From contig OX597823.1 in NCBI GenBank assembly GCA_951406725.2, positions 26,536,001 to 26,600,000 of the forward strand: a DNA stretch of 64,000 bases, given 5' to 3'. Each line of letters begins with the position of its first letter. The first letter of the stretch is position 1. The translations under genes were made by a program, and so were the position numbers. This DNA comes from Octopus vulgaris (taxonomy: Eukaryota). The notes under the pieces were generated by a model. It worked only from the letters and a program-made list of their open reading frames with translations. It did no database searches and was not told the DNA's origin. Of the stretch, positions 40,567-54,789 are shown piece after piece.

Positions 40567-40648
40567 TCATCCTGACGAGAGGGTCATTACCGTGACATGC
40601 ATCAATTGCAATCTAATGGTGATGTACTCCCGAAACAGCCATAGATGA
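40567..40648 (+). ncRNA. Hammerhead motif (degenerate) in a PLE terminal-repeat remnant
   Basis: ucauc CUGACGA ..long imperfect stem II.. GAAA cagcca UA gauga. Confidence 0.6.
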
Positions 40649-41171
40649 TATGTTTAGTTTGATTGGTCAATCCTTACTCTTGAAGTTCTATATTCTGTTT
40701 GGAAACATTTTTCGATTCGAAAAATATTTTTTACGCATGGGTTATTACCTTTTGGTGTGAGTGAAATAAACATAACTTTTTAGTCGATTTATTCTTTGTT
40801 TACCCGCTTTCTCAACTTTTTTAGCACCAAATATTTTTAGTATTTTAAAGTATTTTATAAATTTTTAGTCGTTTTCTGATGGAACGTTCCTATACGTGCA
40901 TTTTTTCCGCATATATGTATTATTAACTTGGTGGTTTTCCGTATTTGTATGTCGTATATATTTTATATTTTGATTTACATATTATGAAAGCCGTGGTAAT
41001 ATTTATTTATATATGATGTGTGTTGGAGGTTTGATACCACATATAAAGTCGTTAACTCATTTTAATGTTTGTTCTATGACCAATGCTTAATTATACTTGC
41101 CTCATTTATATGTTTTTTGCAGTCCTATTAACTCTTTGTCTCTTTTGAATGAAACTAGTTATTTCTTGACG

Positions 41172-41253
<82 letters not shown>

Positions 41254-41411
41254 GGAGTTCTACAGGACTAGAACTGTTTCATTCAAAAGAAATCATCAGG
41301 AATGAAACAGTTCTAGTCCTGTAGAAGCTCCTTCTATATAATAAATTAATTTACTCTGCTATGTATTGAGTACCTTATTTACTGTGGTTAACCCCGACTC
41401 AACCCGGGACC

Positions 41412-41475
<64 letters not shown>

Positions 41476-41795
41476 ATATCTATCTATCTATCTATCTATC
41501 TCTCTATATATATATATATAAATAATATATATACAGATAATATATATTATATATATATAATGAATATACACACACATATATATATATAATAAATATAGAT
41601 ATATATTATATATATATGTGTATATATATAATATATAATATATATATTATATAAATATATAATATGTATATATATATATAATATGTATATATATAATATA
41701 TAATTATACATTATATATATATATATACACACTCACACACACACACGCACACACACACACACACATATATATATAATATATGTATATATGTATCA

Positions 41796-42418
41796 AAATA
41801 AGCAACGTGGAGGATAGCTCTGCATTTAAATTGTTATAATGATTGCATTGTTCAATTAAATGGACCGCTGGAAATGGTCGCACTGCATCACCTCTGGATA
41901 TCCTGTTGCTTATTTTGATTTTATTCACATTATTTTGAAAATGTACGGATAATACCGCACTATTTTTTTGTGCCTCAACTTAAGTACCTAATTCATCTGA
42001 ATCTAAATTATAGAACATATATGCATACATACATACATACGTACATACATACATATATATATATATAATATATAATATACATATATATATATTGTATATA
42101 TATAATATGTATATATACATATATATAATATGAATATATATATTTAATTATACACAATATATATAAATAAATAAATATATATGTATATTTTTATATGAAA
42201 ATAAGCAACGTGGAGGATAGCTTTGCATTTAAATTGTTGTAATGATTGCATTGTTCAATTAAATGGAGCGCTTGAAACGGTCGCACTACATCACCTCTGG
42301 ATATCCTGTTGCTTATTTTGATTTTATTCACCTTATTTTAAAATTGTATGGATAATACCGCACTAATTTTTGGTGCCTCAAACTACGCACCTAATTCATC
42401 TGAATCTCAATTATAGAA
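41796..42418. repeat. Diverged direct repeat of about 220 bp (41796-42017 and 42197-42418) embedded in (TA)n
   Basis: Both copies start aaaataagcaacgtggaggatagc and end aattatagaaca. Confidence 0.85.
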
Positions 42419-42454
42419 CACACACACACACACACACATATATACGTACATGCG

Positions 42455-42489
<35 letters not shown>

Positions 42490-42513
42490 ATATATATATA
42501 TATAATATATATA

Positions 42514-42553
<40 letters not shown>

Positions 42554-42693
42554 TATCTAATATATACATATGATATATATGTCTATAATATGTATATATG
42601 ATATATGTATAATATATATGTATAATATAGATATGTATATATATGTATAATATATATATGTATATATATGTATAATATATATGTATAGATATA

Positions 42694-42735
<42 letters not shown>

Positions 42736-43514
42736 TCAACTTGTGTGTCTGTATGTGTATCTGTGTGTGTGTCTGTGTGTTTAACTTCCCGGCACATCTC
42801 CTCCTAGCCAACAAATCGTAGAACCACCAAAAATGGGTCACTTAAAGTTTAGGCGAATGAAAATTCAACTGCGCTACTTCTGTTCCGAAATTCATCTCAC
42901 AAGTGCAAAAATCGATAATGTGTTTGTTTAGGCATTATCCCATGCATTGAATAGGGAACTTTACTCAGTCAGCTGTTTGACGTGAACTGTGTTCACCACG
43001 CGTGCAAGAATGCGTAAATTGCAGGAAAAATAAAAAATCAAGATATAAAAACGAATCGCCGTAAACATTGTAGAAATTCGGCAAAGAAATGAATTTTCGG
43101 GATGTAGCTTGGAGGGTTTTTTCGTATTAATATATATACATATATATTCATATATATATGTATGTGTATATATATATATATATATAAATATATATACATA
43201 TATACATATATATATATATGAGAGTATGGTAGAAGAAGGTTAACTCTTCCTTCCGTAGAAGAAAAATTCAAATCGGACCATGTTAACACCAAAAATTATT
43301 TACATAAAAAAGTGCCTTCTTTCTATGAAAATCTCTATTTTTTACGATGTTTTGACTGCTGTGTCGCCATTTTTCGGTGTATATCACATAAAGAGAATAA
43401 CAAGCTACATAATGCCAGCGGGGTGGCGTCATTCGAAGGCTAAAACAATGCGAACGCATTGTGACCAGCGATGTGTAACTACATCTGATGGACTGGTCAG
43501 TCACGTGATCACGT

Positions 43515-43575
<61 letters not shown>

Positions 43576-43742
43576 GTATATATTAGAAGAAATGAGGTAA
43601 TCAGAAGATCGGATGGTTCATATTTATAGATATTTATTTATATATTACATTTTTTACATATATATATATCATATCATTCAGATCATATCATTCAGATTAT
43701 TAGTGCTTTCTCCCATTCTAGTGGGGTTTTCAAATCAAATTG

Positions 43743-43811
<69 letters not shown>

Positions 43812-44153
43812 ATATACAGTCGAATCCTGGTAAAAATCCAAGAAAATGTATGAAAAGCTACAAGATGGTTAAGCCCTGCAAAATAATACTTGAAGAATAT
43901 GTGAGGCTTCGTTTTAGATAAGAAGTGTATCGGCTATTTACGAGCTCTCATTTGGCTGTTCGGGTCCCGAACCCCGATGTACTGACTCAAGCATTCTCAT
44001 AAACACTGCATACGCATGTACGGGGATAAATACATACAGACGCACACACATACATACACATGCATATACACGCACGCACACATGTTCATATTTATATATA
44101 TGTATATATGCGTGTGCGTGTGTAACAATTTATATATTTGCTTCATTTTGCAG

Positions 44154-44201
44154 GCAGCAACATAATTACTACGACTGAAACGCCTAAGGTTTCAAACACT
44201 G
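44154..44201 (+). CDS. SRCR-domain gene, 48-nt Thr/Ser-rich linker exon
   Basis: cattttgcAG| ... |GTatgt; reads (G)SNIITTTETPKVSNT(G); phase 1-1, compatible with both neighbours. Confidence 0.72.
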
Positions 44202-44208
44202 GTATGTA

Positions 44209-44375
44209 TTCTTCTTCTTCTTCTTCTTCTTCTTCTTCTTCTTCTTCTTCTTCTTCTTCTTCTTCTTCTTCTTCTTCTTCTTCTTCTTCTTCTTCTTCTT
44301 CTTCTTCTTCTTCTTCTTCTTCTTCTTCTTCTTCTTCTTCTTCTTCTTCTTCTTCTTCTTCTTCTTCTTCTTCTT
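44209..44375. repeat. Perfect (TTC)n tract of about 55 units
   Basis: Read directly. Confidence 0.97.
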
Positions 44376-45261
44376 GTATCTGTCTCTTGTTTGAAAATTT
44401 GTTTTTGACTTTCCGCTTGCAATACGTTTCATTCAAGTATTACGAATCGAAATTTTCTCAGAATTACCTGTAAACTGCATTATAATTGCTTAAAGAAATA
44501 GAAAATGATATTTCTTTCACAAAGTTTTAGAATTCTGTTTAGACGCTACTTTTTCACATCCAAAATGGCTACCAGACATAACAACGCAACACGACAAAGC
44601 ACTTTAATAACTAATAAATCGACTCAAAGTCAAGGAAGACTACTAAATATACAAGAGGGAAAAGAAAATGAACGGATTAGTGAACGATTAATAAAAGTGC
44701 CAAATATGCAAATGAGAGATTTGTAAGACATCGACTGCAATAATAACAACAATAGACATAGCACTCCTTACACGTTTCCAAATATTGTGGTCCGTCCATG
44801 TAACTGCTGTGTGAAGGCAATCATTCCATTAGTATAAAAAACGAGATTAAATTGATTAAATTTACTCTCACATCAACCAGTAAAACAACCTCTTCTGGAT
44901 ATAACGAAACAAATCATCTCAATTGAAAAAGGCACTTTGTTTTTGCACCAAAGATGCACGAAAACCTGAAATTGAAATTCCTTTCACTATACATGATCTT
45001 ACGCTCTTCGTTTCCTTTGTCTCCTATCATCATGTCTGCTCTCCTTTTACTTTTACTCTCCTATCTGGGTGCTATCTATGATTCATAGTGACCATCTCTC
45101 ATTTTCTCCTTGTAACGATGATACTGTATTTCCTCCTCTAAGTCACACATCAGATTATTTTAGTTTGCCTCCATCCCTTGTTTTAATTATTATTTTCCGT
45201 GTTATTCGGTATCCTTGTTCAATAATAATTAAATTTATTTTTTCTTAATTTCAAACACTAG

Positions 45262-45409
45262 GAAATGGTTCGGGAGTGCGACTAGTTGGAGGTGACAACA
45301 ATACCCATGGCCGTGTTGAAGTGTTCCATGAAGGAATATGGGGCACTATCTGTGATGACTGGTGGGATGTACGAAATGCTATCGTGGTGTGCCGCATGAT
45401 CGGATTTAG
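45262..45409 (+). CDS. SRCR-domain gene, exon d (N-half of SRCR domain 2)
   Basis: cactAG| ... |GTaag; reads [48 protein letters not shown]; phase 1 to phase 2. Confidence 0.93.
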
Positions 45410-45657
45410 GTAAGATTGTTGATAACGATGTCTAGCAACGCTTGTGCTGGTTGAGTGTTCTTTGAAACGGCGTTTATGTTGGTGGTGTCAGAGTGATATA
45501 GGGATTGATATACTTAAAGGATTCTACCTTCATCGCTTACTTCAAAGAGCCTAATAACGTTTGTGTATATTTCTGTGATGATAATGATTACATAGTGAAA
45601 AAAAATCCCCTCAAAATGTTGTGAGAAAATACGAAATGTAAATGAAAACCAAATTAA

Positions 45658-46242
45658 ACTAGAAAAGCACTCGGAGAGCGCAGACCTCCGCCAAGCAGCT
45701 CATTTCCACCCATATACACAATTTCCCAAACCTACGCCGGCAAAAACATAACCTCCTTGGTGGGGGTAAAAAAAAATAACACAGCCGTATGATTTTAAAA
45801 AATCCCTTTAAAAACATGAATCATCTAAAGCAGTTATAATGCATCAATGACAACAGGAAGCTAGTTTCACCATACAACTAAAATGAAACAATTACCTAAA
45901 ACTTGAGTGATACACACACAACAAATAAAATTATTAATAGAGAAACGAAAATAAACTTTGGAAACAGCAGCGCCACCATAGGTTACGTGGAAACGATGAA
46001 CGTGTTTTCAAGGAAGATAATCAAAGAATGAAACATTGTAATACTTCATGTAAAGTAAATATAACTAATGAAAATTCCTTCAAGAATCCATAAAAATTCC
46101 CGGATCACTACCAAAATTTCATCATCTTTTTCTTATGTCATTACCAACTTTTCTTGCAAGTTTCATCAAATACCGTCCACAACTTTTTGAGCTATTTTGC
46201 ACACAGACCAACGCCGATGAAAACATAACCTCCTTCCTTGGA
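45658..46242 (+). mobile_element. Two fragments of a non-autonomous Helentron/HINE-like repeat (45658-45768 and 46085-46242)
   Basis: Sub-terminal inverted motif acctccgccaag / cttggtgggggt and shared aaaacataacctcctt 3' block; classification is from memory of similar elements. Confidence 0.45.
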
Positions 46243-46654
46243 CGATTCGAACAGAAAATCATACTTAAACAACCACTTGAATGTTTTCTAAACTGAATAT
46301 TAAAAAAAAAAACAAGCCCCAAAATGAAGCAGACAGTAAAAGTTTTTAATATGAAGACAAAACAAAAGAAGAAAATAATGAATAAAATTTAATCATAATT
46401 CAAGTGGAATGTCAAATAAAATAAAGAAACAATTCATTTCTAAATCTCTCAGAGAAATTTATGCATTAGCAGTACGATAAAGTGACAGCATGTTGTCAAC
46501 TCAATATGACAGTCCCATAAAAGGGAAGAATGCTATTGTTGTTTAGCCCTAGGAAACACCGTTTCTTGTTGGACTTGACACATTTCCTGTGTCCTTATGT
46601 TTTCAAGGTGGAGACAAGCATCTCCACCCAGCAAAACCAGCATCCAGAGACTAG

Positions 46655-46875
46655 TTTCTTTTCTACTCTAGGCACAAAGCCAGAAATTTTTTGGAGAGGG
46701 GCACCAGTCGATTAGATCGACCCCAGTACGCAACGGGCACTTAATCTGTCGACCCCCGAAAGGATGAAAGGCAAAGCCTACCTCGGCGGAATTTGAACTC
46801 AGAACGTAAAGACAGACGAAATACTGCTTAGCTTTTCACCCGGTGTGCTAACGATTCTGCCAGCTCACCGCCTTT
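46655..46875 (-). mobile_element. tRNA-derived SINE family 3 (best copy; others at about 3795-3995, 17590-17740, 21790-21962, 27310-27450, 47820-47955, 48380-48635, 49370-49755, 50650-50840)
   Basis: Shared block atcgacccc..gaaaggatgaaaggcaaagtcgacctcggcggaatttgaactcagaac; B box gagttcaaattcc on the - strand. Confidence 0.8.
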
Positions 46876-49800
46876 AAATAAAGAAACAATTGACAAAAAA
46901 TCTCTCCGTCGTCGGTCACGTGGACGCTAGTATAGCTATATTGAAATGTTCGATTCGCAACCAAGTGCTTTCGAGTTCGATAACTCTGTCAATCCAGGCA
47001 GGTATCTTCTACCGTAGTTTCTAGTTGACCAATACTTCTTTGGTGAAATTAGCTCCATCATATATCTACATCTGTCTGTCTGTTTGTCTCTTTATATATG
47101 TATGTTTCTTTTAACCCCTTCTCTTCTAAATGTGTAAACGTTTCGTTGGCGTATGTTATCGAAAGATATAAACGTCAGAGACAATCTGACAAAACAGAGT
47201 TTTTGAGCTAAAATACCATGTAATATTAATTTCCTTTGTTAACCTTGTATCAAAATTAGAAACCAAATTAGTTCTGTCTGAGTTACGCAATCATTTATTT
47301 CTTCCTTCTGTCAGCGTAAATACATAGAAGTAATAATTAGACTATTGCGAACCTGTAAGCATGGCGCTATCGTTCACAAAATGGGATATGAAGTGAATAT
47401 ATCGTTGCTATTATGTTAAACTGTCGTATATCAATATTTGTCTAAATGCGTTTTTTTCAGTATTGATTTTTGCTTGCAATAGCCGGTTCTTTTGGTCAAA
47501 CTATCGTACTCCAGCTGCTTCGGATGCCAAGATATCAAAAATTGTCACAGTATAGTACAACGGTTTTGCGGTGAAAGGTGAAACTTTTCGTTTTCTGAGA
47601 AAGCAACGTTTTGGACTTACGACACTTTTGCATAATAGCAACGATATAAATAAGACTTACGTCTTCTCTTGGACTTACAACTCCAAATGACGTAATATGA
47701 GCGTCATCGTAACATATGACATGCTTTGGGCATATCTAACCGGTTGGAACTAATCCATCTCTAGTTTCAACACAACTGTTTTTTTAAAGAGAGAATACAA
47801 GTGAAGGAGAAGAAACAACCTTTGTATTAGACTGGTACGTTGACGTCGAAAGGAAGAAGAGTAAAGTTGGCCTTAGCGGGTTTGAGTCAAAGAGTCAAAA
47901 CGAATACTGCAAAGCAATCTATCTCACGCTTTAGTGATTCTACCAACTCGCTATTTTTATATAAAACCGGATAAAGAGGGAATGTACAATTATGAAAACC
48001 AAGAAGAGTTCAAAAACTCTTGACTAAAGGTAGAAAGTTCAGAAGCTATGGACTAAAGGTCTGATTTTAACTATTGAATATCAATTCTTAGCCACACAAA
48101 ATATATGAAAATAAAATAAGATTTGGCCGGCGTCAACTGCAAACCGTGGATTAAACATAAAGAAAGAATTGACCGTATCATTTCATGTAACACATTCCTT
48201 AAAAAAAAAGCAGTATATATCTGCAGACACGAACAATTTTGTAAATATGTAGACACATTTCACCCGGCAAAAAAGGACTATGTTATTCTGGTGCACATCT
48301 GTCTCAAAAGTTATCAAAGAAGTACCCATATTATGTGCGAGCTCTTCAGAATGTGGAGGATAAGTTTGATACTAATAATGCTTTCTAATTTTGGTAAAAG
48401 GCCTGTAATATTGAGAAGGGTAAGTCGATTACATCGATCTCAGTATTTGAGTGATACTTTATTTTATCGATCCCGAACGGATGAAAGGCAAAGGTGACCT
48501 CGGCGGGATTTGCGCTCAGAACATAAGGCGTTTCAGAACGTAAGGCGTTTCAGAACGTAAGGCGTTTCAGAACGTAAGGCGTTTCAGAACGTAAGGCGTT
48601 TCATCCGACTTCGTAAATGATTCTGTCCGTTTACTATCTCAAAATTGATACCAGTAATATTAGAAATACTAAGTTCAATTTTTCAAACTTACACCCGGCT
48701 TTGACTACAGCTACAGATAAACATGGAGACCATATAAAAACTTAATACTTTATAAATATATTACAGTTTGCCAGTAATAGTGTTATAGATTTTCAATATG
48801 CCAATTAGCGAAATTGATAAAGGAGTGTTCTGCAACTCGAATAAAACAAATACCACAATACAATTGTTGTTCGAAAGTGGCGGTTTAGGACTAAGTGTAA
48901 TAGCACGTTACTACATTAAAAATATATTGCAATTTGTCAACGATATTGTTATTTGTTTATAAGTTTTCAACACTTGTTCATTGTATTTAGGATGGTTATA
49001 TTGACAAAAGTTGCGACAAATATTACAAAGCATTTGTTGTTTGAAAGTGGGATGTCATATCACTTTATAAGTAAACTTCGTTTCTGAATGACAAAGGGGA
49101 AAAGCAGCCTTACAACAAAATTGAATATTGTTAAAAATAAAAAATATATACAAACTCTATAGTAGCTATAATTAACACTATACAACTGAAACACTAAAAA
49201 ATCTGAACACATTGCAGAAGAATCCTCCCAGTAAAGACATACAATATTAAATTGTTTGACAAGTGAACGTGTCACCCCAGTCCACTGTTTGTGGACAACT
49301 GACACCCGTATTACATCATCAGTAACAAATGCTCTTGCGACAAGCAGAATAATAATAATAATAATAATAATGGTTTCAAATATTGGCACCAGGTTACCAA
49401 TATCGGGGAAGGAGATATGTCGATTATATCGACTCCAGTGCTTGACCGGTACTTATTTTATCGACCCTGAAAGAAAGGCAAAGTCAAGATCAGCAGAATT
49501 TGAACTCTGAACGTAAAGCTGGACAAAATGCCGCGAAGCATTTCCCCCGACGTGCTAACGATTCTGCCAGCTCGCTGCCTTTGACTTGGCTTCAAATTTT
49601 GACACAAGGCCAGCAATTTAAGAGAGCGGTGTAAGTTTATTACATCGACGCCAGCGCTCAACTGATACTTATTTCACTAACTCCAAAAGAACTAAAGGCA
49701 AAACTTACTTTGGTAGAATTTGAACTCGGAACATAAAGGCCGACAAAATACCAGACGCAGAGAGAAACCATGAGTTACAAATCAAATGAAAAATTAGATG

Positions 49801-51127
49801 CTGAGTACAGAAGATCTTACACAAAATGCTACTTGAGTAATGTTTAAATAGAATGTTTAGAGAATGTAAGAAGGTTATGAACAAAGAAATAATAAATATT
49901 ATAGTGGAACACCAAATGTTGTTTGGGGAAGAACACCATGGCGACGGGGTGATTGATAAGGGTCAGTCTTTTCCACTTGGGTGAAACAAATACCACAATG
50001 TAAATTTTGCTTGAAAGCAAATAAACAGAAAGATCATATATTTACTGGAAAATATAAGATTTAAGTAACGAAGACCTGATTCGTATTTACGTTTTTAGGT
50101 TGAAGCCTAAGCAAGCAAAACTGATTAGCTACTTTTTCATGTCAAAAATAGCTACTAAAACTTCCCCTTCGAGGTGGCACGCCCTATCACCGAAGCTGTA
50201 ACTATGTGGTAGCAAAGTAAAATTCTTAGATTAATAATGAAACAACAATCTTTGTATTGTAACAAACAATATTCTCTCCTACTTGATCCACGACATTCAA
50301 AACCCACCCGTGAATCATAGTCGCTCAGAAGAAGTGCGATGACTCTGTTCTGGAAATCCCGATCTCGCTGATGGTTGTCACATCTATATGTAGTAAGCTA
50401 AATTCTTTAAGCAAGTAACTTTACTTTCAGAGCCACCACAGATCATGTGCATTTATACTATCCGCTTTTAGTATCGCCGTGTTGGACATAGCAATAGTGA
50501 GAGAGATCTCTTTATTTTGGGACCTAAGTCGGCTGCTCTGACGATCGCCGTCAAGCACTGACGGAATGCTTTGTATAGAATTAAGTGGATTAGAGCCTGA
50601 CCAAAGTCAGGTTTATAACTCATTAACTACTATGCATTAATACTAGTTACTTCTGATTTAGGTACCAGCAATTTTGAAAAGAAGGGATTATTTGATACCA
50701 TCTATTCGAGTACTTGATTATTACTTTATTTTGTTGACTCCGAAAAGATGAAAGGCAAAGTTGACCCCAGTTGGGTTTGAACTCAGACTATAAAAAAATG
50801 GAACAAAACTGTAAAGTAGTTTTCCGATGCTTTTACGGCTCTGTACCAGGAAATAGCAATACTTGGAATTGTAGAGGTTATGAAATCAGTCTCACACTAA
50901 ATTTGTTAAACATTTTTATGCATATTTCCCGGATAATCCGAACTAGTTTTGACATAAGAGAAGAATCTCTTCAAGTATTTATGAAACTACCAATAATAAA
51001 ATAGTCTTGATGTGTTATCTATGAAACTACAAATACTAAAAGTAACATTAAAATTGATGATAATGCTAATAAATATTGCTGTTTGTTTTCTTCTTACCAA
51101 AGTTCTATTTTTCTTTCCTAAATTCAG

Positions 51128-51287
51128 TACTGGCAAAGAACATAAGCCAACGCCTGGAGACGGTCCTATATGGTTAGATGACGTGAAATGTAAAGGATGG
51201 GAAGAAAAGATATCTGACTGTGACAGGAAAAACTGGGGTGATCACGACTGCTTCCACAACGAAGATGCCGGTGTTATATGTCAGTAA
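51128..51287 (+). CDS. SRCR-domain gene, exon e (C-half of SRCR domain 2, probably the last coding exon)
   Basis: aattcAG|; reads TGKEHKPTPGDGPIWLDDVKCKGWEEKISDCDRKNWGDHDCFHNEDAGVICQ then TAA; AATAAA hexamers follow near 51395 and 51515. Confidence 0.9.
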
Positions 51288-51764
51288 AATAATTTCAAAA
51301 TGGTTTTTCCCATTATGGTTATTAAAATACTTATTAAAAGTAATATAAATGGATAAACATGCATGGATAAACGTATTATAACATTTTAATGGCGAATAAA
51401 ATATATTTACTCTGCTCATTTCAGACAATTCCATTGCTTGTTAGAAAGGCATTAACGCCATAACTGTACATTCATGTTGGCATTGGTGAAAACGAAGCAT
51501 TAGTTAAATATATAAATAAAAACGATATTAACCACAGAACTAAGATACGAATTGGACACATACACATGCATTCATGTACAACAAAGCATGAATCAGATGT
51601 ACAGAATTAAAAAGCCTGAAAGTAATTAAAATTATAATTACAGTTAAATAGATTAAATTTTAAAATGTAAACGCATTCTTCTAAGCTTTTGATTTTTGGA
51701 AAAAATGGTGAGAATGGGAGACTTCTGAAGGACCGTTTCACAATTAGCTGATAGATTATCAGAG

Positions 51765-52118
51765 AATGTGCAATGGCCCAGTGGTTAGGGTAGCGAACTC
51801 ACGGTCGTAGGATCGCGGCTTCGATTCTCAGACCGGCGTTGGGAGTATTTATTGGGCGGAAACACTTAAAGCTCCACGAGGCTACGGCAGAGGGGTAGTG
51901 GCGAACCCGACTGTACTCTTTCACCACAACTTTCTCTCACTCTTTCTTCCTGTTTCTGTTGTACCTGTATTTCAAAGGACCAGCCCCGTAACACTCTGTG
52001 TCACGCTGAATCTCACTGAGAACTACGTTAAGGGTACATGTGTCTGTGGAATGCTCAGCCACTTGCACGTTAATTTCACGAGCAGGCTGTTCCGTTGACT
52101 GTAACCGACGGAGTGCCA
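51765..52118 (+). mobile_element. SINE family 2
   Basis: A box tggcccagtgg and B-box-like gcttcgattc; a related head lies at 4039-4276. Confidence 0.85.
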
Positions 52119-52940
52119 TGATGTCTTTTCTGATGATCGATGAACTATTGACAAAACGGTCCGTCAGGACTCTCCTTCCATTTTCCCGAAAATAAAAGGC
52201 ATAGAGGAAAGTATTTACATTCTTATAATTAATTTATATAACTGTAATTATAATTATATATAATAAATTTCACAGAGAAGCCATTTCTAGTATCTTTCTA
52301 TGTGTTTGTGTGCGTTTGAAGAGTTTAATATAGTTTAATTATATATGCGATATCTTGATCAGCAAAACGATAGATTTGGGTTTCACTGATACATCGTGGT
52401 TCATTGTTGCTATTGTAACGTAGTTACACGTCGCCAATTATTGTAGTAGCGCCACTATTTATGACGATGCTTGTTTACACGAAACCGTGTAGTAACAATA
52501 AACACATAACAAAGCAGGGTAACAACAGCGTAACAATCCAACAAACTCTCCACAAACCCACAAACGATATTCCGACAAACAACCAAAACGACACCTTACG
52601 ACTTCCTGCGATTAACTTCCTATTCTGGCCGTCGCACTCAGACCGCTACTATTCATAGTTCGGGCAAGTCTATTTTCGCAGGGGGTGTCGTGACTCTCGG
52701 CTCAGCAGTCGCAAAGATATCTAATCAGGAAATATTCAAGTCTAACATTATTTAATTCCGGTTAGTGAAGCAGAAACACGAGATGGCTTTTATTCATACA
52801 TACATACGATACTACGATACTTTCCTTCTAATGACAGAGTCTTTGTCTCCAGACTAGAAGCCAGTTCTTACCACTACAGAGGAATTGAAAAAAAAACGAA
52901 CCAAGAACATATATAAATGCACACATACATGCACACGCAC

Positions 52941-53043
<103 letters not shown>

Positions 53044-53045
53044 GC

Positions 53046-53082
<37 letters not shown>

Positions 53083-53444
53083 TATATTTCGTTTTTGTAT
53101 CTGGTTTGCAGATAATGATAATAATAATAATAATAATAATATTTATCTAGGTATAAAAGATGGGCTACAGCAAATATTCTGCTCAATACCACATATTTGC
53201 TTGTAACTTGTTTGACCTTAACCAGTTGAGCATGCCCCTTAGTGGCTGACGATATGTGCATCTCTGATCACGAGCAGAAGTAGTGGGGAAGCATCATAGC
53301 CATGTGTTGAGAGGGATACTTTGGGATTTGAATAATTCACCTCTGGAAACATGGGTGTTTCGTTCAACATCCTTAAACAATCCTTATTCAGGGCCCTTTT
53401 GAGCGGTATGGGCTACTCGATCTGAAGTAAATTCTAACTGTAGA

Positions 53445-54085
53445 ACCAATAACTGTCGGAGCCTTGGGAACAGTGAGCAAAAATCTCGAGAAGTATGTGG
53501 AACAAATAGGGGCTGCAATAAGGATGGAGCACTTGCAGAAAACTGCACTGCTTGGAACCGCTCGAATACTCCGGAAAATGATTGAAAAATAAGAGGTGTT
53601 ACCTTCGTTCACTGATGGATGGAAGCACTCCGTCGGTTACGGCGACGAGGGTTCCGGTTGATCCGATCAACGGGACAGCCTGCTCGTGAAATTAACGTGT
53701 AAGTGGCTGAGCACTCCACAGACACGTGTACCCTTAACGTAGTTCTCGGGGATATTCAGCGTGACACTGAGAGTGACAAGGCCGGCCCTTTGAAATACAG
53801 GTACAACAGAAACAGGAAGTAAGAGTGAGAGAAAATTGTGGTGAAAGAGTACAGCAGGGATCACCACCATCCCTGCCGGAGCCTCGTGGAGCTTTTAGGT
53901 GTTTTCGCTCAATAAAACATTCACAACGCCCGGTCTGGGAATCGAAAAACCGCGATCCTACGACCGCGAGTCCGCTGCCCTAACCACTGGGCCATTGCGC
54001 CTCCACCGTTCACTGATAGTGAACAGCTGACACTGTAGTACATCTCCAGCGTTAGAAGCTGTGCAAAGGCAATAATAATAATCAT
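53445..54085 (+). mobile_element. R4/Dong-like LINE 3' end, interrupted by a SINE
   Basis: VGALGTVSKNLEKYVEQIG..LQKTALLGTARILRK*; ends in (taa)n; the nested SINE is flanked by the duplicate cgttcactgat. Confidence 0.75.
53622..54005 (-). mobile_element. SINE family 2, full length
   Basis: tRNA-like head; TSD cgttcactgat. Confidence 0.88.
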
Positions 54086-54459
54086 CATTAGTTTAGCTTT
54101 TACTAATTGGACTTAATTATATTCAATACATTTCTAAAAAAAGCGGCAAATGTTTTTTTTTCGATTCGATTTATCATTATTATTACTAGTATTGTCGTTA
54201 TACATACAAGCATATGATAATAAGTGGATGTAAACACATGAACAAAATAAGAATAAACAAAAACAAAAACAAAATACAAATTACATGAACATATATAAAC
54301 AGAAGATACAAATATTACAGGCATCCCCCACATACACACACTAAATAAACATAGACGCACATAGAGATATAAGCATGCGCAAATGAAGACATACAATAGA
54401 AATACAAAATGGCTGACGGTTAGTAAGGAGAAACACAAATAAGAAAGAAGAAAACAAAG

Positions 54460-54503
54460 GACCACTGATGCGGTCACAGGAGTGTGACGAAAGAACTCTG
54501 GCC
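54460..54503 (+). ncRNA. Hammerhead motif (A9C variant) in a PLE terminal-repeat remnant at about 54100-54682
   Basis: cca CUGAUGC g gucaca ggag ugugac GAAA gaac UC ugg; a related remnant lies at 13252-13288. Confidence 0.6.
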
Positions 54504-54678
54504 GAAATAAGATTAAGATTAATGTAAAAAATAAATAACACTGAAGCAAAATAACACCAAATATATAGTGCGTGTGTTTTTATTGGCTAAACTGGCAAAA
54601 TGACCATTCCGAAATATAACAATATCTGTTTCAACACACGACTTCACATAAAAAATCTTGCACAACAAATATTTAAAC

Positions 54679-54747
<69 letters not shown>

Positions 54748-54752
54748 ATGCA

Positions 54753-54789
<37 letters not shown>

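Noticed and set aside
48518-48603. Short tandem repeat (cagaacgtaaggcgttt) of about four units resembling a CRISPR array
   Set aside because: No spacers; it is a slippage expansion inside a SINE in eukaryotic DNA.
51765-51835. tRNA-like sequence
   Set aside because: It is a SINE head that continues into the family body and lacks a complete cloverleaf.
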